From the IMG/VR virus record IMGVR_UViG_3300045996_002710, positions 1-52,185 of that record: a stretch of 52,185 bases of DNA; one strand, 5' to 3'. The stretch is from a virus. The notes beneath the pieces are model-generated. The model saw only the letters and a list, made by a program, of their open reading frames with translations. It was not told the DNA's origin and did not search any database. Below, piece by piece: positions 1 to 8,548 of this stretch (its first letter is position 1; each line of letters begins with the position of its first letter). The position numbers and the translations under genes are program-made.

Positions 1-127
1 TCCAGCGCCGCCACCGAAGCAACGATGCGTCGAGGCGACTCGTTGGCGGTGACGACGGAGCGGTTCGGTGTCGTCTGCCACGGACCGGACGTAGCCGCCC
101 GCGCTACCACCTCATCGGCAGCGAGGC
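1..127. repeat. Terminal direct repeat, copy 1 (identical to 52059-52185)
   Basis: Base-by-base comparison of both window ends: tccagcgccgccaccgaagcaacg...catcggcagcgaggc. Confidence 0.97.
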
Positions 128-158
128 GGGCCTTGATGAACTCCAGCAGGTCACTCAC
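1..158 (-). other. 5' portion of the DUF6221-like gene split by linearisation (GTG at 158; codons at 111-158 encode VSDLLEFIKARLAADE)
   Basis: Reading the minus strand from 158 is in frame with position 110, which equals 52168. The GTG lies in a GTGAGTGA overlap with the stop of 151..441. Confidence 0.7.
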
Positions 159-441
159 GGTTGCCTCCCAAGTCGATCGTCATCCGGACAGCGCCGAGCG
201 GCTTCGCCCACGGTGAGCCCCAGTCCACGCGACGGTCGGTCTTCGCCACCACGTAGAAGCCGCCACGGACCCTGCGGACCCGGTGCTTCCAGCCCGACGA
301 ACCGGCGTAGGCGCGGGCGTTCGTCATCGCCCGACTCCATGAGGCGTACACCCGACGCGGCGGCTGGAAGGCGTCCCCAGCGGCCACCGCGGCGGCGTGC
401 ATCTCCTCGACGGTGGCCGGGCGCGCACGACGACGGGTCAC
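151..441 (-). CDS. Hypothetical protein (96 aa)
   Basis: Minus-strand ORF with a GTG start in a GTGA overlap with the stop of 438..725. No family recognised. Confidence 0.6.
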   Translation of the reverse strand: MTRRRARPATVEEMHAAAVAAGDAFQPPRRVYASWSRAMTNARAYAGSSGWKHRVRRVRGGFYVVAKTDRRVDWGSPWAKPLGAVRMTIDLGGNRE

Positions 442-725
442 GGCTCCTCCTGGGGCGGGAAGAGGTGGTGCCGGTGGAGCGGCACCACCGGCCGAGCCAG
501 CAGGCCAGCTTCAGAGAGGGCATCGAGGACGTACCGGGCTGCGGTCCGGTCGTCGTCGCGGCCACCGCACGCCTTTGCTACGGCACCCTCGGCGAGGTCG
601 AGGGTCTCTTCGGTGTAGGGGCAGGCCAGTGGCGCCGGGACGCTGAAGTCGGCTCGGACCCGTGGCCTCCCGCCCACCGGGCCGCCGCCCGCATCGATCG
701 CGCGCTGCAACGTTTCGTCGCTCAT
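438..725 (-). CDS. Hypothetical protein (95 aa)
   Basis: Minus-strand ORF. The ATG shares one base with the upstream stop (TGATG). Confidence 0.6.
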   Translation of the reverse strand: MSDETLQRAIDAGGGPVGGRPRVRADFSVPAPLACPYTEETLDLAEGAVAKACGGRDDDRTAARYVLDALSEAGLLARPVVPLHRHHLFPPQEEP

Positions 726-1105
726 CAGTCCTCATCCCTCTCCGACAGGTCCACGCCGGCCAACCAGCCACCCACACGACGCCCTACACGCTCACGCCAC
801 AACTGCCAACGCCAGCGGGCACGACGGTGCCACGGCACGGGTGGAGGGACGTACGGTGTCCAGCCCTGTGCCCTTGCCTGCTCCTCGGTGATGAGACCCG
901 CGTCAAGCATCTGCTCAGTACTCATCGGGAGGAAGGCGGAGACGCGGTGAGCTGTGATGGTCGGCTGCGGCTCCGCCTTCGGGCCGCCGAACGCCTCGCC
1001 GAGCATGGGCGGGGCCATGTCGGCGTAGGCGTCGGCGAGTATGCGGGTGATGTCGTCCTGGAAGGTCACGGCGGCCGTCAGTTCGTCGGCCAGAGCACGA
1101 TGCAC
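725..1105 (-). CDS. Hypothetical protein (126 aa; alternative GTG start at 1069)
   Basis: Minus-strand ORF. The longest start overlaps the upstream gene by 28 nt, so a shorter start is possible. Confidence 0.55.
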   Translation of the reverse strand: MHRALADELTAAVTFQDDITRILADAYADMAPPMLGEAFGGPKAEPQPTITAHRVSAFLPMSTEQMLDAGLITEEQARAQGWTPYVPPPVPWHRRARWRWQLWRERVGRRVGGWLAGVDLSERDED

Positions 1106-1377
1106 GGCACACCCGGCTCGTCGGGTGCCTCGTAGTCCGGGTCGGCCGTGACCACGTCGTCCTCGCCCGGCTCGTCGTCGTCCTCACCCTCGTCGGCGAG
1201 GTAGCCGGACCACGACGACTCCGCGACGTACCGGCCGTCACCCCACTCGCTGAACGGGGAGAAGCCGTTGCCCTCGCTGTCCTTCGACATGACGACCAGC
1301 GCGTCATCGGGAGCGCCGGCGAGCAGCTCGCGCAGCTTCGCGACGGTGATGTAGTGGTCGGTGTTGATCTCGCTCAC
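1078..1377 (-). CDS. Hypothetical acidic protein (99 aa)
   Basis: GTG start in a GTGA overlap. Asp/Glu-rich C-terminal half. Confidence 0.65.
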   Translation of the reverse strand: MSEINTDHYITVAKLRELLAGAPDDALVVMSKDSEGNGFSPFSEWGDGRYVAESSWSGYLADEGEDDDEPGEDDVVTADPDYEAPDEPGVPCIVLWPTN

Positions 1378-1631
1378 TTCGTCAGCTCCTTCACGAGAGG
1401 ACGGTCGAGGCGCACCTCGGTTTCGATCGGCTGGTCCTTCGCAGCGTGGTGGCCGGTGACGATGCCGCTGCCGCTGTAGCAGGAGTCGCCACGGTGGACA
1501 CGGAACGTGATCGTCTTGCCGAGGAGGCCCAGCAGGTCTACGTCGATGACCATGTGGCCGGTCGTGTAGTCGAGGTCGAGGCGGTGAGCGACGTGCTCCA
1601 CGCCGTTGATGACGATCGGAACGCCGCTCAC
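1374..1631 (-). CDS. Hypothetical protein (85 aa)
   Basis: Trimmed from track ORF 1374..1784 to the GTG at 1631, which forms a GTGA overlap with the stop of 1628..2671. Confidence 0.6.
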   Translation of the reverse strand: MSGVPIVINGVEHVAHRLDLDYTTGHMVIDVDLLGLLGKTITFRVHRGDSCYSGSGIVTGHHAAKDQPIETEVRLDRPLVKELTK

Positions 1632-2671
1632 GCCGCCTCCTTCTGTTTCACCGGGGTGAGAATGCCCGCAGCCCGAGCCAGGCGCTGGAGGGCAGGGATG
1701 CCGTTGGCCGCGACCCAGTCGACGCTCACCGAGAGCGCGATCCCGGGCTCGTCGTGGATCGGGGCGTACCAGACGGAGTCGCACGGGGCGCCTCCGTCGA
1801 AGTACGTCCAGTACTCGATGACCTCCTCAGAACGGCGCCAACGGTGGATGCGGTACCCCTCGTGGTCGGGTGCGCCGTCCGGATCGCGCCCAGACGACGC
1901 GTAGTCGATGCCGTGCCGCCACCCGGCGCCGCGGAGCGCCTCCACCACCCGCCGGACCGCCTTGACCTTCGCCACTCTCGCTCTCCTCACCGGCGCCAAC
2001 GCGGCAGCCAACGCTCGGACATGGTCGTCGTACTCCAGGAAGGACAGCAGGGCGTCGCAGGAGCCACACTCGATGCGGTCGGCGCCCGGCTGGTGGACGA
2101 GGGTCAGCGCGCCGCAGCGCGGGTTCGCGCACGGCACCCCGCGCTTGTAGTCGGGGACGTCGACCTGGCCGAGCTGGTGCCTGAGGGCGGCGTGGAGGCG
2201 GCGGACGGCTTCGAAGAACTCGACGACGGCGGAGCCGTGGTCGCAGGCGTCGTCGAGCCTGTCCAGCAGCCACCGGGCAAGCTCAGGGACCGTCGCCGAC
2301 GGGCGGCGCTCGCCGGAGCCGCGCTCAGCCCGCCAGTCCTCGACCCAGAAGTCCAGCGTCGACGCCACCGAGGTGTGGCCGACCGCGTCCTCGTCCAGCA
2401 CCGCCACGCCGCCGGCGCGTACCGGCCCGGTCAGGTCCACGGCGTCCGTGTCGATCGGCAGACGCCGCTCCGACGACCCCGACACCCGACCACCCGTCGA
2501 CGCGCCCTTCAAACCGTCGTACTCCCGGCCCGCCAGCTCGGCGTAGAGCGAGGGGATGTCGAACACCCACGACCTCAGGCGGCTACGGCAGACGTCGCAA
2601 CACCTTGGCGTGCGGGCATCCCTCCGTTGGCAGCAGACGCAGTCGCCAACCGGATGTTCCGGCGTACTCAT
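1628..2671 (-). CDS. Cys-rich (zinc-ribbon-like) hypothetical protein (347 aa)
   Basis: Cysteine clusters CVCCQ..CCDVC and CANPRC..CGSC. High GC3. Confidence 0.7.
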   Translation of the reverse strand: MSTPEHPVGDCVCCQRRDARTPRCCDVCRSRLRSWVFDIPSLYAELAGREYDGLKGASTGGRVSGSSERRLPIDTDAVDLTGPVRAGGVAVLDEDAVGHTSVASTLDFWVEDWRAERGSGERRPSATVPELARWLLDRLDDACDHGSAVVEFFEAVRRLHAALRHQLGQVDVPDYKRGVPCANPRCGALTLVHQPGADRIECGSCDALLSFLEYDDHVRALAAALAPVRRARVAKVKAVRRVVEALRGAGWRHGIDYASSGRDPDGAPDHEGYRIHRWRRSEEVIEYWTYFDGGAPCDSVWYAPIHDEPGIALSVSVDWVAANGIPALQRLARAAGILTPVKQKEAA

Positions 2672-3258
2672 ATGAGGCTCTCCTTGGTTGCGCGGTCGAG
2701 AAGTCGCCGAATCTGCGACTTACTCAGGCAGAACTCCGCCGCGAGGAGCCGCACGCTGGCGCCGGCCTGTCGGCGCATGGCAATTTCCCGAATGCGGTCG
2801 ACCGAGGTGCTCGGCTTCCGCCCTCGGGCAAACATCTGCAGCATGCTCTCGGATTGAGTACCTACGGACAGGTGGTCAGGATTGACGCACTGCGGGTTGT
2901 CGCAGGAGTGGAGGACGCACATCCCGGCGGGAATGGCACCGACGTGCAGCTCGTACGAGACCCGGTGGGCGTATGCCCGCCTAGATCTCCGATGACCATC
3001 CGTTTCGACGGTGATCGTGCCGTAGCCGTTGTTGTTGAGGTTGCCCTGCCAGAGCCAGCAGCCTTCACCCTTCGTTACCCACCGCGCCCAGCGCTCAGCC
3101 AACGGCGCTTCGCTGTAGCGAGTCGGCGCCGCAGTGCCCTTGCGGCGCAACCGTGCCTCGTGCATCGAGCACGTCCGGCTGGTCTTCCGTCGAGGCTTGA
3201 TGCAGCCGTCGATCTCGCAGGGCACAACGCCGAGCGCTGGGGTATCGGAGTCAGCCAC
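2668..3258 (-). CDS. HNH homing-type endonuclease with C-terminal HTH
   Basis: Motifs GCWLWQG..NGYG..AHR..VLHSCDNPQCVNPDHL. The GTG at 3258 lies in a GTGGCTGA overlap with the upstream stop. Confidence 0.8.
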   Translation of the reverse strand: MADSDTPALGVVPCEIDGCIKPRRKTSRTCSMHEARLRRKGTAAPTRYSEAPLAERWARWVTKGEGCWLWQGNLNNNGYGTITVETDGHRRSRRAYAHRVSYELHVGAIPAGMCVLHSCDNPQCVNPDHLSVGTQSESMLQMFARGRKPSTSVDRIREIAMRRQAGASVRLLAAEFCLSKSQIRRLLDRATKESLI

Positions 3259-3634
3259 GGCCCTGCTCCTCGCCGTAGAGCTTCCAGCCGCCCTCACGCA
3301 GGTGCGGGACCGGATCGCCGTCGCGTTCAGTCCACCAGATGCTCCACGACGGGCCGGACGTCATCGAGGAGGTGTGGGTGCGCATGATGTAGTCCCGGGC
3401 TGTCTCGCTCGGGTCGACGGCCATCCGGGACAACTCCACATGCCAGCCGCCGGCGGCGTCCATGTAGCGCCGGCGGACCTGCCAGTTCGGGCCGTCGTCG
3501 GCCCACAGGTAGACGTAGTCGTGCACCGTGGGAACGGCGCCCGTCTCCACCTGCTTCGTCCACACGGCGTCGGGCCCGCCGGGCATCGCCCCGGTCGGCC
3601 TATCCAGCAGTGATAGCCACAGGGTCAGGATCAT
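3251..3634 (-). CDS. Hypothetical protein (127 aa)
   Basis: ATG preceded by GGGGAG. High GC3. Confidence 0.65.
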   Translation of the reverse strand: MILTLWLSLLDRPTGAMPGGPDAVWTKQVETGAVPTVHDYVYLWADDGPNWQVRRRYMDAAGGWHVELSRMAVDPSETARDYIMRTHTSSMTSGPSWSIWWTERDGDPVPHLREGGWKLYGEEQGRG

Positions 3635-3671
3635 TCGGTGCTCCCCTCGGAGGGCTTGAGGATGGTCGACT

Positions 3672-3705
3672 GAGAGCGCTCTCTTGTTCCATTCGGAACA
3701 AGCTG
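3672..3705. promoter_or_regulatory. Composite palindromes in the 130-bp early intergenic gap
   Basis: Read directly: GAGAGCGCTCTC at 3672-3683, then CTTGTTCC-attc-GGAACAAG at 3683-3702. The second element recurs at 18509-18531. Confidence 0.5.
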
Positions 3706-3764
3706 GGAGCGAACTAGCAGGTCAGAAATTTGCTGGGCGGCAAATACGTGCGCTGTCGAGCTGC

Positions 3765-4634
3765 TCACCGGTCGCCGCCGAGCATCCGACGCCACCACGG
3801 CACCGGCTTCGGGCAGTCACACGGCGTCTCGGGCATCGACTCGCCAGCACCGATCAGGTGGAAGCTGCCAGCGGCAGTGTCGACGTGGTGAGGGGAAGGC
3901 CCATCGGACAGGCGGGCGAGTGCCTCGTCGTTCTCCTCGATGAACGTCGTGAGCTGGCCCCTGAAGTGCTCATCGACAGGAGGTGCGGGCGGGTCGGCCT
4001 GCTCGCATCGCGTCAGGCACGGGCACGGCGTGCCGTCCAAGTGCCGACCGTGCGGATCCACTCCATGCTCGTGGGCGTGCTCATGCCAGGACTCCTCGCC
4101 GAAACCCTGCTGGCAGGCGCAGATGGTCCGCCACCCGGTGATCCCGCCCCAGTGGGTGGTACTGAAGCCATGGCGGCGGGCTCGGACTGCGGCTGATGCC
4201 GCGTTCATCTCAGCGAGCGAGGGTGCGACGCGGCGCGGCGCGTCACCGTTGACCGGGATCTCCCACACGCCTCCAGCACCGTCGCAAAGCGTTGTGGATG
4301 TCCCCGGGTCGTAGCGGAGCCCAGCAAGCAGCTCGGCGCGGCCCACGGCCCTGACTGGTGCGGACTCCTCTTCGATGCCGCTCTTGCCCTTGAACTGATC
4401 GCAGTCATGCTCGGCGTCCGCGTGTTCCCTGCATGCCAGCCGGTCACACCACAGGTGGAAGAACACCTCCCCTCGGTTGGGGCAGTCACAGTCGAGCTGG
4501 CGCCGGCGGAGTGCGGCTTCTTTGCGTCCGATCCATTCGCGGTGGTTGGTGACTGCGAAGGCGCTGGGTTCGGGCAGGGTCATGGTGTGCTCCTGGGGGC
4601 GTGCGTGTTGGAGCGCGGTCGGGTCGACGGTCAC
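3765..4634 (-). CDS. His/Cys-rich hypothetical protein (289 aa; alternative ATG start at 4583)
   Basis: The GTG at 4634 forms a GTGA overlap with the stop of 4631..4945. Many His/Cys residues. Confidence 0.65.
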   Translation of the reverse strand: MTVDPTALQHARPQEHTMTLPEPSAFAVTNHREWIGRKEAALRRRQLDCDCPNRGEVFFHLWCDRLACREHADAEHDCDQFKGKSGIEEESAPVRAVGRAELLAGLRYDPGTSTTLCDGAGGVWEIPVNGDAPRRVAPSLAEMNAASAAVRARRHGFSTTHWGGITGWRTICACQQGFGEESWHEHAHEHGVDPHGRHLDGTPCPCLTRCEQADPPAPPVDEHFRGQLTTFIEENDEALARLSDGPSPHHVDTAAGSFHLIGAGESMPETPCDCPKPVPWWRRMLGGDR

Positions 4635-4945
4635 GGCGCGGCTCCCGCCATGCCGCAGCGCTGGCACGTGAAGCCGAGCGGCGGTAGGCCCTGGCATGTC
4701 GCGCACTCGTCGGCCCGCATCAGCGGGTCCGGCTCAACGCCGAGGGCGACGATGAGCGCGTAGTACGCCTCGATCGTCAAGGACTGGCGGCCGGTCTCGA
4801 ACTTGGCGACAGTGATGCGGCCGATGCCCGCCCTCGTCGCCAAGGCCTCCGCCGAGAGGCCGAGCGCCTTGCGTCGGGCCCGGAGCCGTTCGCCGACTCG
4901 CTGCCGCAGTTCGAGATCCACCTTCGCGCTACCGGGCACAGTCAC
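4631..4945 (-). CDS. XRE-family HTH DNA-binding protein with C-terminal Cys pairs
   Basis: LRARRKALGLSAEALATRAGIGRITVAKFETG helix-turn-helix motif, followed by CATCQ..CQRC. Confidence 0.75.
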   Translation of the reverse strand: MTVPGSAKVDLELRQRVGERLRARRKALGLSAEALATRAGIGRITVAKFETGRQSLTIEAYYALIVALGVEPDPLMRADECATCQGLPPLGFTCQRCGMAGAAP

Positions 4946-5216
4946 CGTCCTGGACTCCGAGCTCGCGGGCGATGGCCTGGACGGTCGAGCACCGCGCGGT
5001 CGAGTCGGGGTCGCCGATGACGTACGGCTCGGACGGCCCGCAGATGCCGCACACGTTGTGGGTGTCGAGGTGGAAGCACGCATCGACGGGAAAGCCTGCG
5101 CAGGGTCGCGGCGCGTGCAGCTCGACGACTGCGCGGAGGGCTGCGACCGGGGCGGGCGGAGTCCAGCTGCCCACGTAGTCGTCGAGCGCTTCGATCAGCT
5201 GCTGGTGGAGGCTCAC
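4929..5216 (-). CDS. Hypothetical protein (95 aa)
   Basis: Trimmed to the GTG at 5216 (GTGA overlap). The upstream part of the track ORF is Arg/Pro-rich shadow. Confidence 0.6.
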   Translation of the reverse strand: MSLHQQLIEALDDYVGSWTPPAPVAALRAVVELHAPRPCAGFPVDACFHLDTHNVCGICGPSEPYVIGDPDSTARCSTVQAIARELGVQDGDCAR

Positions 5217-5404
5217 CGGCCGTCTCCGTCCCGCTCGGCGACGCTCTCCGCCACCAGGCCCTCGTTGACTGCCCACCGTTGGTAGACCCGCCGGGCACGG
5301 TGCGCTGGGCACCCCGCGACCGCGCGTGGCGTCGGGTCCGGCGGGTCGAACACGTCGGCCGGGTCGCAGATGCACCGGAACGGGTCCGGGTGTGGCTGGC
5401 TCAC
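5213..5404 (-). CDS. Hypothetical protein (63 aa)
   Basis: Trimmed to the GTG at 5404 (GTGA overlap with the stop of 5401..5865). Confidence 0.55.
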   Translation of the reverse strand: MSQPHPDPFRCICDPADVFDPPDPTPRAVAGCPAHRARRVYQRWAVNEGLVAESVAERDGDGR

Positions 5405-5865
5405 CGTGCACCGTCCTGGGTCTGCTCGGCGGGTTCCCACGGGCCGACGAGGCGGCTGACAAGGCGCCCGGTCTCCTCGCCCGCCGCCTGACGCTGGGCG
5501 ATCATCGCCTCGAACCGCAGCACGTCGTCCCCGGCGATCGGGATGGTGAGGTTGGCGCGGTTCTCGAACGCCCACTCGCGGTCCCAGCCCTCGGTGGCCT
5601 GGCGTCGGCCCTCGGCGACACCACGCTCGTAGGCGGCGTCCACGTCGCCCTGGGTCGGGCTGAGCGGGATCATGTCAGCGAACCGGACCACCGAACCGGC
5701 GGCGGGAAAGCCGGGCCGGTCGGTCCAGCTCATGCCGTCGTCGGCGCGGTGCCAGCCGGTGTGTCCGGCGAGCAGCGTGCACAGGCCGCCGCGGGTGGAC
5801 TCGGTGAGGGTGGGTGCGTCGGTGCCGCAGATGCCGCGGTCGCCGGGCTGGTCGGGTGTGGTCAC
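5401..5865 (-). CDS. Hypothetical protein (154 aa)
   Basis: Minus-strand ORF coupled to neighbours on both sides. Confidence 0.65.
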   Translation of the reverse strand: MTTPDQPGDRGICGTDAPTLTESTRGGLCTLLAGHTGWHRADDGMSWTDRPGFPAAGSVVRFADMIPLSPTQGDVDAAYERGVAEGRRQATEGWDREWAFENRANLTIPIAGDDVLRFEAMIAQRQAAGEETGRLVSRLVGPWEPAEQTQDGAR

Positions 5866-6116
5866 GTGGTGCCTCCTGGCTGGTCGGCGGGAACCGAGGA
5901 CATCGGCCGGATGAGCGCCTGCTCCATCTCCTCGTGGACGTCGTCGAACGTTGAAGAACTCACCGGGGACCGTAGGAGCCAGGCTTCGAAGTAGTCGGCG
6001 AGGTTCGTCGAGTCGAGCTGTACTTGGATCCCGTGGAGCGGCATGGTGGCGCCGACAGCGAGGGTGAGGGCGTGCATGCGCACGTCGAGGAGCTGCTGAT
6101 CGGGTCGGTCAGCCAT
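5862..6116 (-). CDS. Hypothetical protein (84 aa)
   Basis: Trimmed to the ATG at 6116 (ATGGCTGA overlap with the upstream stop). Confidence 0.6.
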   Translation of the reverse strand: MADRPDQQLLDVRMHALTLAVGATMPLHGIQVQLDSTNLADYFEAWLLRSPVSSSTFDDVHEEMEQALIRPMSSVPADQPGGTT

Positions 6117-6534
6117 CGCTGGCGTCCTCCTTCTCGGTGATGGATCGGTTCCGGTCGGCACGGCTGACGTTGGCGAGCCGGATCCGGGCGATGTGGAACC
6201 TCATGTACCTGCCGTCCCCGGACAGGCAGCCGGTGCCTTTCGGTGCGTCACAGGTGGGGCAGTCGAAGTCCTTCGGCACGGCCGGGTTCGCCTCTGTCGT
6301 CCCGCCGGGTGAGGCGAGGCCGAGCGCGAACAGGATCTCGGCGGCGCCGGCGAAGTCGACAGCGCCCTGCTGCCGCTGGAACTCGACCGCCCGGACAGCG
6401 TCGAACTGCTGCTCCGGGGTCGGCGGCGGCACGTACAGCCCTTCGGTGCTGAGGCCCTTCTGCAGGGTCGGGGCGCTCTCGGGCCGTGCTGAGGCTCGGT
6501 CTGCCGGGAGCCGACCGGACGGGCGGCGGGCCAT
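6109..6534 (-). CDS. Hypothetical protein with C-terminal zinc-finger-like motif (141 aa)
   Basis: Trimmed to the ATG at 6534. Motif DFDCPTCDAPKGTGC..H. Confidence 0.6.
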   Translation of the reverse strand: MARRPSGRLPADRASARPESAPTLQKGLSTEGLYVPPPTPEQQFDAVRAVEFQRQQGAVDFAGAAEILFALGLASPGGTTEANPAVPKDFDCPTCDAPKGTGCLSGDGRYMRFHIARIRLANVSRADRNRSITEKEDASDG

Positions 6535-6710
6535 CACGCGTCCGCCCTCGTGCCGTACCACTTCCCGCAACCGGGGTCGCAGCAGCGGACCCGGTCGGGC
6601 GTGAGACTCTTCCAGTGGTGCCGGCCCTCGTCGCAGCGGGCGGCCTGGTTCCATTCGCGACCGAGCGCGCGGTCCATACGCCATCGGCGGAAGCGCTCGG
6701 CGAGACTCAC
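6534..6710 (-). CDS. Small Cys-rich protein (58 aa; below the ORF-track size cutoff)
   Basis: My own translation: VSLAERFRRWRMDRALGREWNQAARCDEGRHHWKSLTPDRVRCCDPGCGKWYGTRADA. Start is a GTGA overlap and the stop shares a base with the next ATG. High GC3. Confidence 0.5.
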   Translation of the reverse strand: MSLAERFRRWRMDRALGREWNQAARCDEGRHHWKSLTPDRVRCCDPGCGKWYGTRADA

Positions 6711-7258
6711 GCTGCACCGCCGAGCACGGCGTCATAGAGGTCGCGGGCCATGCGGGCGTTACCGAGGGCGGTGTGCCGGTCGGCCTCGTCGTAGGTCAGC
6801 CCGTACGCGGCGAGGACCTCATCGAAGGACCACGGCGGCGCCATCTTCAGCGCACCGGCGGCAAGGGTCTCGACGTCGACGAGGTGGTAGTGCCAGCTGG
6901 GGCAGATGTCGTGCCAGCGCATCCGGGTGGCCAGCACCTCGGTGTCGAAGTTCGGCACGGCGCCGACGATCGTGGCGCCGCGGGTGAGCACCTCAACCTC
7001 TTCGAGGACCTCGGACTCGTCCATCCAATCGGGCCAGTCGGTCTCCACGTCGACGCGCGCCTGCGGGTGCCGGTCGTAGAACCGGCCGATCTTCAGGGCG
7101 ATGAGGTCCGCGTTGCCGAGGTCCAGTTCGGGCATCGGGATGAACCACTGCCGCTCGACCTCCTTGCCGTCGCTGTCACGGCGGATGAGGCCGATGTCCC
7201 AGGCGCGACGGTCGGGACGGAGGGACGTCGTCTCGGTGTCGATGAAGACGGTGATCAT
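6707..7258 (-). CDS. DnaQ-like DEDDh 3'-5' exonuclease
   Basis: FIDTETT (Exo I), NFDTEVL (Exo II) and HTALGNARMARD (Exo III, H-x4-D). Confidence 0.85.
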   Translation of the reverse strand: MITVFIDTETTSLRPDRRAWDIGLIRRDSDGKEVERQWFIPMPELDLGNADLIALKIGRFYDRHPQARVDVETDWPDWMDESEVLEEVEVLTRGATIVGAVPNFDTEVLATRMRWHDICPSWHYHLVDVETLAAGALKMAPPWSFDEVLAAYGLTYDEADRHTALGNARMARDLYDAVLGGAA

Positions 7259-7545
7259 GCTGGCTTCTCCTTGTCGGTGCGCTTTTGAGCGGCCTCGGCG
7301 AGTACTGCCCGGGCTCGGCGGGCGCCGCGGCGTGCGGTGCGCGGCGAGACCCGCTGCACGTTCCGCCAGTCCCTGGACGGGCCGAGCTGGCAGGTGTGGA
7401 TCCGGAAGCTGAACCGGTCGACGTCCCGCAGTGGGATGACGGCGATGTTCTTGGCGATGTGGTGGACGTAGATCCAGGTAAGCGGCTCGTTACAGGTGCT
7501 GCAGGCGAGCGGCACTGGGGATGGGAGGTCCTCGATCTCGATCAC
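7255..7545 (-). CDS. Hypothetical protein (96 aa)
   Basis: GTG at 7545 preceded by AAGGAGGA. GTGA overlap with the upstream stop. Confidence 0.65.
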   Translation of the reverse strand: MIEIEDLPSPVPLACSTCNEPLTWIYVHHIAKNIAVIPLRDVDRFSFRIHTCQLGPSRDWRNVQRVSPRTARRGARRARAVLAEAAQKRTDKEKPA

Positions 7546-8069
7546 GCACTCCTCCTTGGGGAGCAGTTGGCGCAGGGCACCGATCGGTTGGAGTCGTCGA
7601 CTTCGGTGCGGGTGTCCTTGTGGCATCGCCCGCACCAGTCAGGTACGAGCCGCAGGCCCCTTCCCTCCCCTTTAGGGGAGGAGGGAAGGGTAGGGGCGCT
7701 GTGACTGACGCGTGAGTCACGTGTGACATCACCGTGACTGCGGCGTGACCGGCTCTTCCGCTGCCGTTCAGCCGCCGCGTCCTTCCGTTCCTTGAGCTGC
7801 GCGGGCGTCGGGTTCAGCTCGAAGTACCGGGTGTCGCGGTACCCGTCCCCTTCGACCGCCCACAGCCCGACATCGACCAGCCGCTGTATCCACTCCGATG
7901 TGCCGTAGGCGCGCGCCAGAGCACCGGGGATCACCGCATCGGCGAGCTTTCCGGTGGCGATCTGACGTGCAACCCACGCGCCACAACGCGTGTAGAGACC
8001 AGCGGGAGCCGTGCCGACCATGATGGTCTCGGGCCAGGTGTCGAACCCGTCGTCGAGCCAGTAGGCCAC
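7542..8069 (-). CDS. Putative replication-associated DNA-binding protein carrying internal iterons (175 aa)
   Basis: GTG start. Trp-rich N-terminal domain, basic linker and C-terminal CGRC..CANC. Contains the 7657-7755 repeat array. Confidence 0.6.
   Translation of the reverse strand: MAYWLDDGFDTWPETIMVGTAPAGLYTRCGAWVARQIATGKLADAVIPGALARAYGTSEWIQRLVDVGLWAVEGDGYRDTRYFELNPTPAQLKERKDAAAERQRKSRSRRSHGDVTRDSRVSHSAPTLPSSPKGEGRGLRLVPDWCGRCHKDTRTEVDDSNRSVPCANCSPRRSA
7657..7755. repeat. Origin-like array: polypyrimidine/polypurine imperfect palindrome followed by five 11-bp phased GTGAC iterons
   Basis: The palindrome lies at 7657-7697. The iterons are gtgactgacgc/gtgagtcacgt/gtgacatcacc/gtgactgcggc/gtgaccggctc, starting at 7701, 7712, 7723, 7734 and 7745. 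An 11-bp period is not a codon multiple. Confidence 0.6.
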
Positions 8070-8336
8070 CTACTGCTCCTTCCTGTACGCCCTGCAGTCC
8101 GGCCCGCACACCGCTGCTGCTTTGCCGGAACCCCACTTCTTCATCGGTTCGCCGTCGTCGTCGAACGCGACCCCACCCATCACCCCGGAAGTGGTGGCGC
8201 CGGGAACGATCGCTGTGTGGCATTCCTTGACGACGGGGCAGTGGTGCCGGCAGATGTGGACCGCGGCGACACGGTCAGCGCTGGTGAACCACATGTCGGG
8301 GTCGTACCGGCACACGGCACGGTCGCGCCACGTCAT
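8070..8336 (-). CDS. whiB: WhiB-family Fe-S transcription factor
   Basis: C-x..-DPDMWF..C..CPV..C..GVMGG cysteine pattern. ATGA overlap at 8336. Confidence 0.85.
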   Translation of the reverse strand: MTWRDRAVCRYDPDMWFTSADRVAAVHICRHHCPVVKECHTAIVPGATTSGVMGGVAFDDDGEPMKKWGSGKAAAVCGPDCRAYRKEQ

Positions 8337-8548
8337 GCCGCCTCCCGGCCGAGGGTCCGCCACCACGCCATCACCGGCAGCTTCACGTTCGGGTCGACCA
8401 TCGCGGCGAGGACGCAGCAGACCTGCTCGAGGTGGAGCCGGTCCATCTGCCGCAGCCGGAGGTGAGCGGCTCGGAGGTCTTCCCGCATGTCCATGGCGAC
8501 GGTGATCGCCTCGACGAGCAGCTGGTCCTCCTGTTCTGGGGTCAGCAT
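8333..8548 (-). CDS. Hypothetical protein (71 aa)
   Basis: Minus-strand ORF in the coupled early operon. Confidence 0.55.
   Translation of the reverse strand: MLTPEQEDQLLVEAITVAMDMREDLRAAHLRLRQMDRLHLEQVCCVLAAMVDPNVKLPVMAWWRTLGREAA

Noticed and set aside
1-127. The terminal repeat as a biological DTR, LTR or IS end
   Set aside because: The repeats are direct, exactly 127 nt (a common assembler k-mer), and interrupt a gene. The HNH-TerS-TerL layout predicts cos ends elsewhere. A true DTR cannot be excluded without reads.
213-950. 245-aa plus-strand ORF at the window start
   Set aside because: Arg/Pro/Ser-rich shadow opposite three coupled minus-strand genes.
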